A DNA stretch of 64,000 bases, from assembly GCA_044892525.1 (NCBI GenBank), contig CM097887.1:53196001-53260000 (forward strand), read 5' to 3'. The notes under the pieces were generated by a model. The model had not been told where the DNA came from. It was given only the letters and a program-made list of their open reading frames with translations, and ran no database searches. Origin of the DNA: Schmidtea polychroa. Its lineage: Eukaryota. The translations under genes and the position numbers were made by a program. Within the stretch, counting starts at the first letter, position 1. Every line of letters begins with the position of its first letter. Positions 1 to 14,600 of this stretch are shown here, in pieces.

Positions 1-1328
1 AATATTTTTTGGGACATTTTGGGGGTTTCTGGATATTAAATTAATATAAAACTTTTTTTGTCTATTTCTTGTTGTCTTCAAACAAAAACAAAAATCTGCA
101 AATAAAATCGAACTAATTCATTTAAAGTACCCAAATCTATGTTTATAAATTAAATACTTACTATTTAAATGCAAATTTACTAACGTAGACGTATTTATTT
201 GAATAAATATCAATCGGATTTCAATTTAACTACTGAATTATTATATAACGTTATTGTTATTATTGAATTTAAAAGTAGGTTTCTGAAATTTCGGGTCAAT
301 AAAATAATTAAATCTAGCACATCGCATACTAGAAATATTTGGTTAATGGGATTTATGTTTAAATATCCAAAGCAAAATTAAGTTTAAAATCATTCTTAAA
401 TAAAAATTTTACTTATTTTTAATCTTGATTATTTATATGTTTTTTAGACTTCCAATTATATGACGATCTAGATAATAAATTATCAAATGTTACAAGAAAC
501 TGTTGTAATTTGTACAACATTAATTGAAAAAACATTTTTTTTACTAAAAAACAACGCATGAGTAAAAAAACCAGAAAATTTCACTACAAATAGCTATTGT
601 AATAAAAAAGCGCTTATTTTGAAAATAAATGAACAATTTACTCAATTAAAATAATAAGTTAAATAATGAGCATATGTGGCAATGTTATATTCGTGGACAG
701 ATTAAAATCATTTTGCTTTGTCCAAAAATATTTGCGATGATTTCAAATTGAAAAGTAAATAAATAAATAAAAATACATTCATAACAAAAAACCTTCCTAC
801 ATTATTATTGGATCAGTTCAAATTTCTGAAAAAAACCACGATAAGCAAGCCACCATATTTTTATCAGAGGTTAGGAAATCTAAGCTTATAGTTTGTCGAG
901 TACTCGAAAGTGCTTTTTTGTAAGGGAAGGTTTATTTGCGCGGGTAAAATACAATTCAGAATGCATAAAGTTTTTTTTATTTAACGTTATCATAATTACT
1001 TATAAAACTTTATGCCTAATAATCTATTAGGCATAAAGTTTTTGCATGAGTACTGAAGATATAATAGAGACATTTGTCTTTTTAAATACTAGTTAAATAA
1101 TAAATAGTCAAGAAACAATAAATTTAGTCAGGAAAAATTGTAATTGGTCATGAATTTTACAATTTTTAGTTCTGCATAAACAGTCATGCAAAACCATTAA
1201 TAGTCCTGCATTCGTCAATTTAGTTATGAAAGTCTAATTTATTTTTGCTTAAAAAAGCAATGCCTTATTATTATAATATTTTTTAAGTAAAATTGAGAAA
1301 CAATTTTAAATATTTTTTATATATCCTA

Positions 1329-1425
1329 TACCGGAAATACCGGCATTGATCCAACTCAATACCGGTATTTCGGTACCAGAAAAAAGTCCGGTAATACCGG
1401 TAGTACCGATACCGGTATACTGGTA
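1329..1425. repeat. Cluster of short TACCGG/ACCGGTAT repeats, probably subterminal repeats of a DNA transposon
   Basis: About 8 degenerate taccgg/accggtat units in about 100 bp, directly before a hAT transposase remnant. Confidence 0.45.
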
Positions 1426-1830
1426 TTGAATGCACTAATCATAATGGAGTATCAAATTGAAAACTTTGATGCTGAGGCAGGCACTTGGTTTGAGATGTGG
1501 TCAAATACAAAGTCGGATTTTGAAATCAAAAGTCGCGATGGAATGATGTATTTTTTACAATTCACAGACCTTTTTCTAGCTATTAAGAAAGCAGTTCTTA
1601 TTACTTTAACTTTGCCAGTGTCAACTTGCATGGTTGAAAGATCATTTAGCACACTGAGAAGAGTCAAAATGTGGCTAATGTCAACAATGTGTGAAAATAG
1701 ACTTTAAGGACTTTGCATGATGAGTGTTCATCGTGACAGAATCAATGACAGTAAAAAAAGCGAAAAATAATGGACAAAGTGATCAATAAATTTGGTCAAG
1801 ATCACAGACGTTTGCAGTTTCTTTTCAAAA
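1426..1830 (+). pseudogene. hAT transposase C-terminal dimerisation-domain remnant
   Basis: Translation TLTLPVSTCMVERSFSTLRRVKMWLMSTMCENRL*GLCMMSVHR matches the hAT motif LPxS...ERSFS.L...K..LRS.M...RL..L. It has an in-frame stop and lacks the N-terminus. Confidence 0.8.
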
Positions 1831-2272
1831 AGTAATATTTATGAATAAGTCTGTTATTTGGTTTTATAATTGAATAAATATTTATGGAAAATATACAAAA
1901 AAAGAACTTTTTTTACATTTTTTGATTCTGTTTATTGCTACAATCACATTAATGTTTCAACGATAAAAATGACTTTAATTTAAATCATCAATATACTATT
2001 ATTAATCAGATTATATATAGTAACAATTTTTTTTCGTAAATGAGCATAACAAGAATTTAAATGATACTAATCGTTGTATGTTTAAGTATTACATTAATAT
2101 ATAGAAGTTCTCTACTTTGTTTTTTTTGCCTGCCCCTGGAAAAATTCCGGCTGACGCCCATGATAATGGCGATATGCACATATTTTTCTATCTGTCCGAA
2201 AAAAATATATATTTTTATTTTTTAATTAGAAAGATGGAAATAGAAAGATAAATAACTACATTTATTACCTAA

Positions 2273-2275
<3 letters not shown>

Positions 2276-2347
<72 letters not shown>
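2276..2347. repeat. (TA)n microsatellite
   Basis: Uninterrupted TA run of about 72 bp. Confidence 0.98.
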
Positions 2348-2352
<5 letters not shown>

Positions 2353-5300
2353 TAGTTGTATATTTTTAAGTCCCTAATTTATTATATATTTATTATTTAA
2401 AAATATTATATCATGCTACATAGAGTTTTTTTCTCTTAGTTTTTAATGTTTTTTGGGTTAATTTTTAAATTGATTAATTTCTATTTGATTTCATGTAGTT
2501 TTCTTAATTATTTGATTTTATTTGTTTGTTTATTTCGATTTTATTAGGTCCATGTGGTTGTACTCTTCCTCAGTTTTCCCATGTTTTTATTAATTGTTGA
2601 TTGATTTCCTTTATTAACTGCTACTTAATTTTTATGTATTTTTCGTTGATTATTGGTTTTTATTATTTTCTTAGTTTTGATTTTATTAGTTTTTCTCCCG
2701 ATTAATTCCCCAACAATGAAATTCCTTAATACTAAGGCAAGAAATCCTATGCTCAGGTAAAGTTTATTAAATTTTTTAAGAGCTTATTTATTCCAGCCCA
2801 ACCTCAATAATAATTTACAAAAATGGTCAAACACATTTTGGAAATAAATGAAAATCATAAATTGGTTACTATTAATGAGTGATTACATAGTTTGGTGGTA
2901 ATTAAGAACATAGTAGAATACTAATGAATATATGAATGAGTTGTAACCTATTTCGACAGAACATAAAGTTTGGAACTGAAGGTAGCAATTTATTAATGAG
3001 TAGGAGCATATTTTCAAAGTTGAGGCATTGGAATTAATGATAGTACCCATTTTAACAACCATAAAATTACACCTGTTGAAATTAGTTCCGTGGGCATTTT
3101 GATCTTTAAAAAATTTAAGTGGAGATCTCTTTATCCGATATTACTGATAGTTTAGACGTGATTCGGATTATCGATTACAAGCTTTGTAGTGTGATCATAT
3201 TGAGTCTGGGGTCCTGCCCCGTTTAATGTCCTAATGTTGTGTCGTAGTAAATGACTTTGAATGTACGTTTAGATATATTATTGATGCAAGAAAAAGGTCA
3301 AATTAATAGAAATATGTTGCTTACTTTCGTGGCCACACTGTTCTCACTAAGATAAACCCTATTGTTATGCAAGTAATGCAGCTACAGCCGAACCAAAAAG
3401 CTCGTTGTAACCGCATATAAATCAATTTGAAACATATTTATCACCAACAAAGTTGGTCACCACGAAGTATTTTTAAGCAGATACATTACAACGTATACAC
3501 AGTGCAGTCAACCACCACTCCGGGTTGGTAGATCATTAAATCTTTTGCATTTGTGGGTTGTAGACCTCATACACTAATATAGATGCTGGATTGGTTGGGA
3601 TCTCATGTTGAAATTGTCAACAATCCCTCTCAATCAATCCCTCTAAATCATTGACAAAGATTCGAAGATAAAAATTAAAAATCATATGTACACATAATGA
3701 ATAATGTATTAATGAAAAATTTTTTACTTCTTTCAAAACTGTTAACAAAATAGATTTAACACAATAACTTGATCCTGGCAAAAGAGTGTTTCGCTTTTGG
3801 CAAAAAGAAGTGTTCCACTTTTGGCAAAAAATAGTGTTTTTGCGACTGAAATGCATCGGTATATATACGTTATTTTTGGTGTGCGAGTTTGTGTGCATGT
3901 ATTAGTGCAGTAAAAACAAATCGGAATTATTTTAATTCTAGAATTTTTTATTTTTTATTTTTATTGATTTTCTTGGCGATTTTTTCGCAATAATTTTTAT
4001 TTTATTTTTCAAAATTTTATTTTGCAATTATTTTTTGCTCAATTTGCCTCAATGATGGATCTTGGCCATTTCCAGATCTAACTTAATTTAATTCTTAATT
4101 TTGATATTGTCTTTTGTAAATTTTTCTTAAACATTTTTATATTTTAATTAAACAATTTATATTTTTGACTTTTATTAGGTCGCTCGGCGGCCATGATGGA
4201 TTTTGCCATTTTTATGGATTGTTTTGGGTTTTATAACTGAAATTCACTGTACTTTTCTTTAAATGAGTTTCTTATGAAATTTTTATTTAATTCTTTTCTT
4301 TGAACTTTTAGATCGCCATTATTCGGATTTGTTTTTGGTTGTTTGTATGTTTTTCTGTTATATCTGAGTAAGATTTTGTGCAATACTTCTTGTTGGGTTT
4401 CATTTTATTTTTATTTGGATGTTTTGATTTTTGTGTGTTGTGTTATTATTGTTTAATTGGTGTTTTATATGTTTTGATTTTTAATTAACTTAGTGCTGAG
4501 TTGCAGGTTGTGTACCGACACATTTCAGTCATTAACTTAGTTTTTTTGGGTCTAGAAATCAGTTCTAGCACAACACCCGTTTCCGAAAGTATCAGACCCA
4601 ACAGTGTTAGAAATCATGCTGATTAACCATCTAGTGACAAACATAAATTCTAAAAAAATAAAAAGAAGTATGACTATGAACCTTTTGGTGTAATAACCTG
4701 TAAATAAATGTATCGGTGAAATTGAAAATCGACGAAGTGCGTTTTTGTTTTCTTTCAAGAAGTTGTCTCACTTTTCATTTCCCTCTAAACTAGTTGCGAG
4801 ATTCGAAGAAATCATCAAGAAACATACAAGTTCTGTTAATTAGATATAAGTCCTTCCATCTGATGTCCGTTTGTTTTGGGCCTAAGAAAGCCGAGCAGTC
4901 TGATTGATCAGGTTCATCTTTACTTATTTACGCCGCCACTGCATACAGTATCAACGTGTTTCACACACACGGATATGCAACTGTTTAATTGCAAAATTCG
5001 TGTTTGAAGCTATAGGCGCTATACCACTTACAGAAAAGTTCAAACCCTAGTGTTTTGCTTGATCGCTTGAAGGTCATCTGAGTCTGATAATGTATGTCAC
5101 TAGGACGCCAACAAAAGTATCAAAATCGTTTTGATGCCATACCAGATATAAGAATCCAATTATCATCTATTATGTCTAATATAAAAAAAATTACCAGAAA
5201 AAGAAAATTGTACATTCAAACTAAAATTTTTTTTAATTTTTCATTTTATATATAAGAATTGTAATTAATAAAAAAATTATTGTATATTCTTCTGACATCA

Positions 5301-5626
5301 CCTAATGTATTGACTTACTGGAGGTGTATCTTTTTATATAATAAAATAGAATAAAAATAGGTGTTCGAAATTTTGAAATATAATACACAATTATATTAAA
5401 TTTTTTATTTTTTAATTATTGTTAAGAAACGAAGTCATATTAAAAATCATTTTGCCGGTTTATACATTTTTTATAATTTTTGGGGGTTCGATACAGTTTT
5501 AAAATATGATGAAGGGTTCCATGACCAAAATAAATTGAAAAACGCTGTATTAAGCTAACAGTACAGATAATGTGTTTTAATAACATTTTATAAATCTTTG
5601 TTTTATTACTCAAAAATTACATAAAA

Positions 5627-8600
5627 ATGAAATACATTTTTAAATATATAAAAAATATAAATGTAATTTCGAAAAAAACATTTTCGCTTGATAAGCATTT
5701 TGACGTTTGTATAGTAGGTGGTGGACCTGTTGGTTTTGGACTAGCATCTTTAATAAGTTTTACAAAATTATACAGATAATATTTACCAAAATTAATATAG
5801 GTTCGGAAGCAAGTTTAAAATGGAAGCGAGTGGTAGTACTAGAATCCCAAAGTCTAAAACCATATTCACAAAAAAATGATTTTTCAAATAGAACTGTTGC
5901 TCTGAGCCCTAGTACTCGTATGATTCTTGAAAGTACGAAATAAGAATTTATAATTTATTATTTAATAATTTTTTAAGAATGTGGAGCCTGGAGTATTATT
6001 TCTCAAAACAGACATCATCCAGTTTCGAAAATGTTTGTAAGTTTCATATAATTCTTAGTTTCACTGGTCACTAGAACGTTATGAAATGCAAAATTTATTG
6101 AAAATATATTTAAAAGAAATTTAAATATATCTTATGTGCTCTTTTATTATATTAAGCTTTTAGTCACTGATGTTGAATTTCAAAATAAAATGAAGTTCAT
6201 TTGTTATAACAATTGAGTTTAAGTAAAAATAAATTACAAGTAAAACATTTTTTAATATATTTATTAACATGACAAACCATTTTTGGCAGGTATAATATTT
6301 TGTATTTAATAATCATCCTTAAATTTAAGGTATGGGAACAATCATCTGAATCATTTATTGCATTTGAAAAAGATCACATTGACGACTCGAATCTTGCGTA
6401 TATTGTTGAGACTGACATTTTACAGCATGCGATTACTTCAACTCTTATTGACAAAAAAAATGTTGAAGTGAAATACAACACGACTGTAACAGATTTTGAA
6501 ATAAACCCTAATGAAGCCAAATTGACTTTATCTGATGGATCGAAACTGTCTGCATCGCTTTTAGTGAGCTTGATTTCATAAAAGAAATTCAATTTTTGTT
6601 CAGATTGGTGCAGACGGATTTCACTCCCGAATCCGAAAATTGTCGAATATAAAATCCGTTGAACGAGATCTTAACCAAAGAGCAATAGTCAGTGTTGTAA
6701 AATTCCCTGAAGAAGTGGATAATACTGGAGTAGCATGGCAGCGGTTTACCAGATACGGACCGATTGCATATTTGCCCGTGAGATACTAATATAATTTTAT
6801 TTTAATTACCTTTCAAAGATTGAAAATTATGTCTAAGAAATATTTGTGTAAAAGTATATTAAAATTGAATCGAATTGTATCGAAACTCTCGGTATATATT
6901 AGGGGATAACCGATCTGGAATCCCGACCACACCGGATTGTGACCTCAACTGACTATTCCATATCAATGCCGCCGCTGACTAACGATTCTAATAGTAAAAA
7001 TAGGAAGGAGAATTGTCTGGGAGCCTTATTTTGAGCTATTTAAATTAAGCATCGAATGGGTGATTCGGATTGTACTACCACATAATACACATGATTCCGG
7101 TGAGTGATAATATAGAAACAATTGCAACTGCTATATTTATTATTGATTATCTTCAAAGTTATTTTCAAAAAATTAGAAGCATATAATGAAGTAAATTGTC
7201 TCGATTACCAGCTATTCGGTTACCCCCTAGTAATCACCAACCGGCAATTGATTATCATCGAATGGATATTGATTTGCAAATTTAATAATATAAATATTAA
7301 CTTACCTATAATAAATGTGTGTATGTGTGTCATAGCCAGATGTGACATTAAATTGGCAATTACACTATAGAAAGATAGCAAAAATCGCTGTTAAAAGAAA
7401 AAAAAAGAAAAAAACACAAACACGGTTCACAAAATTTCTATAATAAAAAATACACACAATAGGACATTGATTTACACCAAAGCGCATATGATTACAATAA
7501 ATGAGAAACATTCATTTAGAAATTTCAAATGAGCTTTGTTTTGGATTTTAGTTATATTTTAAGATTTTATGTTAAAATAATGAATAAAGCAGTAAGATAT
7601 TTATTTATTTATTTAAATATACATTACATTTTTCATTGTTCGCCTAAAATATCCAGTTTCTTCAAGCATTTAGGGAAGGATCTTTTGATATGATTATAGT
7701 AATTTGAAAAATTACTATAATCTGGTTTGCTAAGTTCCTCGATAACTGCTTGGGATATTGTCGTAAATCTGTCATTGAAAGTCATCCTGGAAAATCCATT
7801 AGCCGAGGAAACTTTAGTCCTTACCCCATTTTTAATTTTGCTGACTACACACTTTCGATGGGGTTAAAAAATGGACTATATGGAGGCAACTTTTCAATGT
7901 GATTGTTCAAAGATAATACATTATTTTGGATGGATGCATTATCGTGTATCAAAATGAACCCAGAGTCATTCAGTTTCACAGTCAATTCGGTTGTAAATGA
8001 CTGGTATAATTCCTTTCTAAAGGAGCCAATGATGATTTGTGAATGGATTGGCCAATCTTTGGATATTGCCAAAACTAGTGAAATATTGGGACCTCGATTT
8101 ATTGGTACATTGCTGTGCCTACTCGAGATCTACCGAATCTCTTGTTTATCCATGTATTGAAAGAGCATTCATCTATATAAATAGATTTACTGCTCCTCCA
8201 ACCTTCTTTAAGCAGACGTGTAACATATGTCTGCCGAATATCCAATATTCTATTTGAATTTCTTACTTCCACACAAGGCCTGATCCTTTTGAAGGTTGTT
8301 AACCCTTTAATGGACAATGACGTGTATACACGTCATACTACTGCGTTCTGTACACGCAACTAAAAAAGTGCGTCCGCGAAAGGGTTAATTGATTTTTCAG
8401 GTACCTGGAAATTGACTTTGTTGAAATTTCTACATTGTGATTTGTGGATAAAAACAATCTCATTTGATTTGATGTCGAATAATAATTTCTTTCGACATAG
8501 TTCAATAATTCCTGGCCAATAATTGTTGTGATAATTGTTGGTCGATTGCCTCCTCTTGTTCCTGTGGATAAAATTCCAATTTCATAACAATGTTGGTTAT

Positions 8601-11600
8601 TGTATTCCGTTTAATTCCAAGAATACGGCCTAATTCGTAATAATCATGACCATCTTCCATGGATTTAATGATTCTTTCTTTATCAGCAATGGTTATTCTA
8701 TATAGATTTTATAAAATAACTAAAGTTTAATGAAAAACTTACACATTTCTATGAATTTCTTGAAATAGAATAGTCGATTCTGAAGAAGCTTCTGAAATAT
8801 CTTCGAACATTTTGATAATTATTTGTTTTAAAATGAAAATTTTTAGCTAATCCATTTCAAGAAATTCATAAACAAATGCTCTTCAAACATGGACGAACAA
8901 GAGATTCGGTAGATCAAGAGTAGGCAATAGAATTTATAAAAAATTAGGTCCCAATATCCAAAGTTGAGCTGATCCATTCACAATAATATATCTTCATTGA
9001 CTCTTCAAATTGAAAAGTTGCCATATAATTCCCAATGTAGCAGGGAAATTATGCAATAGAGTTGAATCAGCAATATTGTATACTTACCTGGTGCGAGGAG
9101 AAATCTTTGAGTCTCCTGCATAGTACTGATGAGAGCCAAAAGCTCGAAACTAGTCTACTATTGGGATTTGCACTGGGTATCACAAAGCTTGTAATGTTAA
9201 TATTAAAGCATAACATTTATAATAGGTTTGCTTGCTTATATACATACAATATTAATAACATAATAAATGATTTATTTTGTTGTTTTCATATGTATTACAA
9301 ATTTCTTCTCCGAATTGTCCGGTTACCTAATAACTATAGAAATTATAGATTTTTGAATAGATTTATTAATTATATCAAATTTTTAATAAAAATATTTTAT
9401 TCTTTAAAATTTATAAATCAAATATTAAATTATTTTTTTAAATTTTTGCAATCAAATATAAAATTTTAAAATATTGAAATTTAATTTAATAATTTATTAA
9501 TTATATAATTTAACAACAACAATCGATACATACAATATACGAAAAATTATTTTAAAACATTTATAACACAATTATTCACTGCATTCTGCACATTAATTAT
9601 CGGATTCAATGACTTTATCAATAACGCTTCACAAATTGCACGCTGACAATAACGTTGACTATATATAATGTGAATATATCAATATTTCTTTCATTGTTAT
9701 AATACAAAATTAATAATTTGATTAATTTATTCCCATTTGTGTGAGTCGTTGATATTTAGTAATTACTAACAAAATATCTATAATGTATTATATAGTTAGA
9801 CAAACGTCATAGCAACTTAATATGGAGTACCACGGAGGATAATGCAACTCGTTTAATGGGTTTAAATGAAGAACAATTTCTTGCTGAATTAAATCGGGAA
9901 TTTGTAATAATAAATTTATAAAATAATATCAATTATTCTATTCCAACAGTTTACCGATGAGTATCATTCTAAAACATTAGATAAAGTGAACGAAGTGCTG
10001 AATTCAATTATCATGCAATTGCCATCTAAACTTGTTGATATTAATGATTATTGGAAAATTAAACAACTTCCACCAGTCGCAGAGTTAATTGTGCCTAATT
10101 CACGAGCAACTTTTCCACTGGGATTTATGCATGCAACGAATTATGTGTCACAAAATGTCGCATTAGTTGGAGATGCCGCGCATAGAATTTTGCCCTTGGC
10201 AGGTCAAGGAGTTAATTTAGGTTTTGGAGATGACGAATGTCTAGTAAAATGCCTGTCTGAAGGAACTCAAATAGGGGAAACCATAAGTAAGGGATATTCA
10301 TTGGTCATTCATAAATCAATAGTTTATTTTACAGATTTTTTAAAATATTTAGGATCATATATGTTTTACATACCAGATCATATTATAAATAAAATCGTAT
10401 TTATTTATTTAAATAATTATTAATCGTTAAATAAATATTAAATAAATATTAATACGATATTAATATAGCGGTTTAAAAATGATAAATTGGTTGGAGAAAG
10501 TTACATCGGCAGAAGAATAGGAAATAATATGCATGCTTTTTGACATGAAATCATACCAAATGAGCAGCTATGTGTGTATTGCAACAAGAATATGAAGATT
10601 AAAAGATACAATAGACACGTTGAAAGGTACGAATGGCGATGTATGAATGGTAGATGCAATAAATACCAAACAACGTTGAGTTTAAGAAAAGGTTCGTGGT
10701 TAAAAGCTTTTAAAATCCCAGTCAAAGCGATTTTAACATCTTTGATTTATTTATTATATTGCTCAAGACGTTCAACAGGTCTTGATAACTGGTCTGGTCT
10801 GTGGTAAAAAATAGATATTGATAAAATTAAAAAACTGTTACATGAACGGATTGAACACTATTTCAACCAACATCCCATTAGACTGAGTGGTCCCCGGGAA
10901 ATAGTTCAAATCGATGAGCCAAATTTAAACTTTAACGTGAAAAATCATCGTGATAGATTCACTTCTATTTGTTGGGCATTTTGTATCGTTGATACATCCC
11001 ATAAACCAGCATCAGGGTATGCTTCTATTGTTCAAGATAAATCAGCCAAAGCGGAATATAGAAGGTCGGGAAACAGTGATCTTGAAGCCCTAGATCAGGG
11101 ATGTCCAACCTTTTAATTTAATGGGCCCCCTTGCAAACTTAAATATTTAACTGGGCCGCAAAATTACCAGAATATCTTAAGCCTAGGCCGTAGGGAATGG
11201 TCTCAAATTATTTTGAAATTTTTGGGGGGTTTTTTTAATGTTGCAGCCTTTTTTTTCATGGACGTGAAGTTCATAGTGCGCTTGCCGAAGTGTGAATTCT
11301 TTAAAAACGTCGATTTTTTTTTGGTACTATCCCCTTAAATTTAATGGAAAAATTACATTATAAAGCAAACTCATGTGAATACAGTTTATTTACATTATTA
11401 CAACATTCCAAATATTGTAATCTTTATATGTAGCCATACATAAAAAATTGATTTAATTAACCAATATTTATTCAATGAAACTTTTGAATTTGTCTTCTAG
11501 CCATAATGTTTTCAATATTTGCATCGAAGGATGCATTCTTAATTCTAAGAATTTTTGCTAAATTTATGTCAGTCAACCTATTTCTTTCTGCAGTTTTAAT

Positions 11601-14600
11601 GTTTTTCATACTTCAAAAGTTAACTTTAAGTAATCGATTATTACCAGTTAAATTAACTTTATCTCATATATTATATTTAATAAAATAATGATAAATGTTG
11701 TTTATATAAAAATACTAAACAATTTTATTCTTATTTTTTTGTCGCATTTTTGTCTCAACTCGTTGTAATATGAATTTGATAATTTAGTACATAAGGTTGA
11801 GTTACATTAAGGAGAACAAGCCGTCAGAACCCAATACTTATCACGGTGATTCTAGTGCCTATATTGATGACTAGTAATTTCAGGCGTATAGATAAAGGTG
11901 TGGGGGACAATGGTGGGGTGAAGAAGGGCGATGATGTCAATGTAAGAAATGATGATTCTGTTGACACTGATAACAATGATATTAGCACTGATTGGGTAGT
12001 GATATGGTTAACAACCGAACTACATGCCGTAGCAATCTAACCAATAATAATGACCCTGTTAACCATAAGGATAACTTTAGTCCTAATAAGAGTGACACTG
12101 GCATTGAAATTGACATGGATAATAATAATGATAATATTAGCCTGAAAAGATAGTAACCATTATACCGCTACTGAAATGACAATAATTGATTTAAAGAGAA
12201 CGATAAGAATCATGAACCTAATAATGATAGTAACAATATTAATGATGATAACAATAATAATAATAATAATAATAATAACAATGTTAATAATATAAAGTGA
12301 TGATTTCCTGGTAGAAGCATTAATTAAATGTTAAGCATGTACAGTCGAACGTCTCATAATGCGCTAGATACGTTCTCAGAAAAGACTACGTAAAAGGAAA
12401 TCGCATTGTAAGAGATATAAACTTTATAGGAAATATGTAGAGGCCGGTTCCAAATAAGAAGCAATATGTTTCTTGTTTTAACAAAAACTTTATTGGTCGA
12501 TAATCAAAATATAATCAAAATTATATACAATTAAAAAAATCATATGTACTATATAACAAATTTCTGTTTAAATTTAACATAATCCAGGTAAAAAAGAATA
12601 ATGATTTGTAAATTAAATGAAATTAAATTCAAGTTAAAAAATCAAAATATAGATTTAAAAGAAATCCATTTGTATATTCACATAAATTCTTCTTCATCAT
12701 TACCTTTATATTACCTATTTAATAATTTATTCTTACTAATATTCACTGTAAAATAAAAATAATTGTTGTGATCTGTTTGGTTCTATGAATGAAAACAATT
12801 TAAAATGTACATAAAAAACGATCGAAAACTCCAACGTCTCGTAAAAAGTAAATTTGTTTGCTGAATTGGGGATTTCTGTTACGATATACAAAAATCGGGT
12901 TTTAAGAAAAAAAATTGCGCTACAAGAAAAATGTCCGCATTCATTTAACCGCGTTGTAGCGAAACGCGTTACAAGAGTGACGAGTTATAGGATGATTTAT
13001 TGTAAATGATAATATAAGCCTTTTTACTGCAAAATATATATTTAATAGAATGCAATAATTTTCGAATATAACATTAATATTAATTTTTCCTATTCATTAA
13101 CGCAAGATTTTACTCTATTTCTTGACTCTCAGTATGACTCCCCTTCCTGTATATCTCGCTTGCCATATTTGGTGGTCCCTTGCTGGGTTTGTCCAGATGA
13201 TCAAATCTCTCGGGACAGCCGAGTGATCTCCTGTAACTTTGCTACAATAATTGAGAAATGAAGAAAACTAAATTTTTTGCGTCAACTTATGACATTACAA
13301 CAGTTATCTAAAATTAAATAATCCCGAAGAGTAATAATGTTCCAATATATAAATTAACAATATTTCAAAAGGTTAGTAAATAGAAAGTTTGAACAGTCAA
13401 AACTCGTTAGAATTCTGAATTGACCAAAATATTTTTATAACTAAAGATTTGAATGTTTTATTTTCTGTTAATAAATAATAAATAAACTAAAATTTAATTA
13501 TTATAAAAACTTTTTTCCCAATTTCCCCACTGCTTTTTTCCCATTGTATTTATTAAAAAGAGCTTGATTTACAAGAACGTCGATATATTTACTGATTTAT
13601 AGTCTTCAAGCTCTTTTTAATAAATATAATTTAATTCAAATAAATTTTCGCGGTGTTTATTAATTGAAAACGTCAACCCCACAATAAGTCGTGTTAGTTT
13701 CAATAGGAAATTTAAATATTTAAATTTGTTCGATTTATTGTAATTTGAATAAATAGTTAAACATACATGGCAATGATTTAATTATAAGAAAACGCCAATC
13801 AAACACTCTTTTCACGATATATTTCGACAGTTTTCCTGTCATCATCAGGTGGTATATAATAACTATATTAATTTGTTTAAAATCCTTAATTTATATAGTT
13901 TTTATATCCTATCTGATAATGACAGGAAAACTGTCGAAATATATCGTGTAAAGAATGTTTGATTGGCGTTTTCTTATTATTGTACTTTATTATTTTTTTG
14001 AAAGCAAATATCTAGTGAACAACAAGAAATGAAAGAAATATTCATTTAGAAAGATCAGTTAAATTTCTTATTGAAGTGGACAGATCCTAAATTTTTCACT
14101 TATTAACCCTATTATTACCAGGTTGATATACTTACGACGTGACTTTAAGACACATTGAAAATGCATGTAGTTATATTAGTAAAATTATATTTTAATAATC
14201 CGCATAAGGAGTATTATGTTATTGGACAAAAATAAATTTTTAACGAAAATATTATATTATACAAGTAATTATATAAAAAATAAAATAAAAAGTAATCATT
14301 TATTTATACATGTTTTGCAAACGACGATTTTTTGCGAATGTTCATTACATACATTTTTTCCACATGCACTACAACATTGTTTGGAAGCTCGACTTTTTGC
14401 TGATGGACAATAGTTACATCGTCGCGCATATTTTTTTCTGGGACGGTTTTATCAACCACTAGAATATGGGAAGAATTTTCCAAAATTTCGTTCATTGTAT
14501 CAACGGTTGTTTAGGTAAATTTTTTACATTTCTACGTTTTATTTTTGGTATTACTAATTCTTGCACTAAATTCTTCAAAAATAATTTGCGTCACGAATTT

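Noticed and set aside
2350-5150. Strand-skewed and GC-richer patches suggesting decayed retroelements
   Set aside because: No termini, TSDs or protein motifs that I could support.
9080-9250. A functional U1 snRNA gene
   Set aside because: Only the first 12 nt match; no U1A loop, Sm site or terminal stem-loop is visible.
9062-9469. 135 aa plus-strand ORF
   Set aside because: Low-complexity Phe/Ile/Asn/Lys sequence typical of AT-rich intron DNA.
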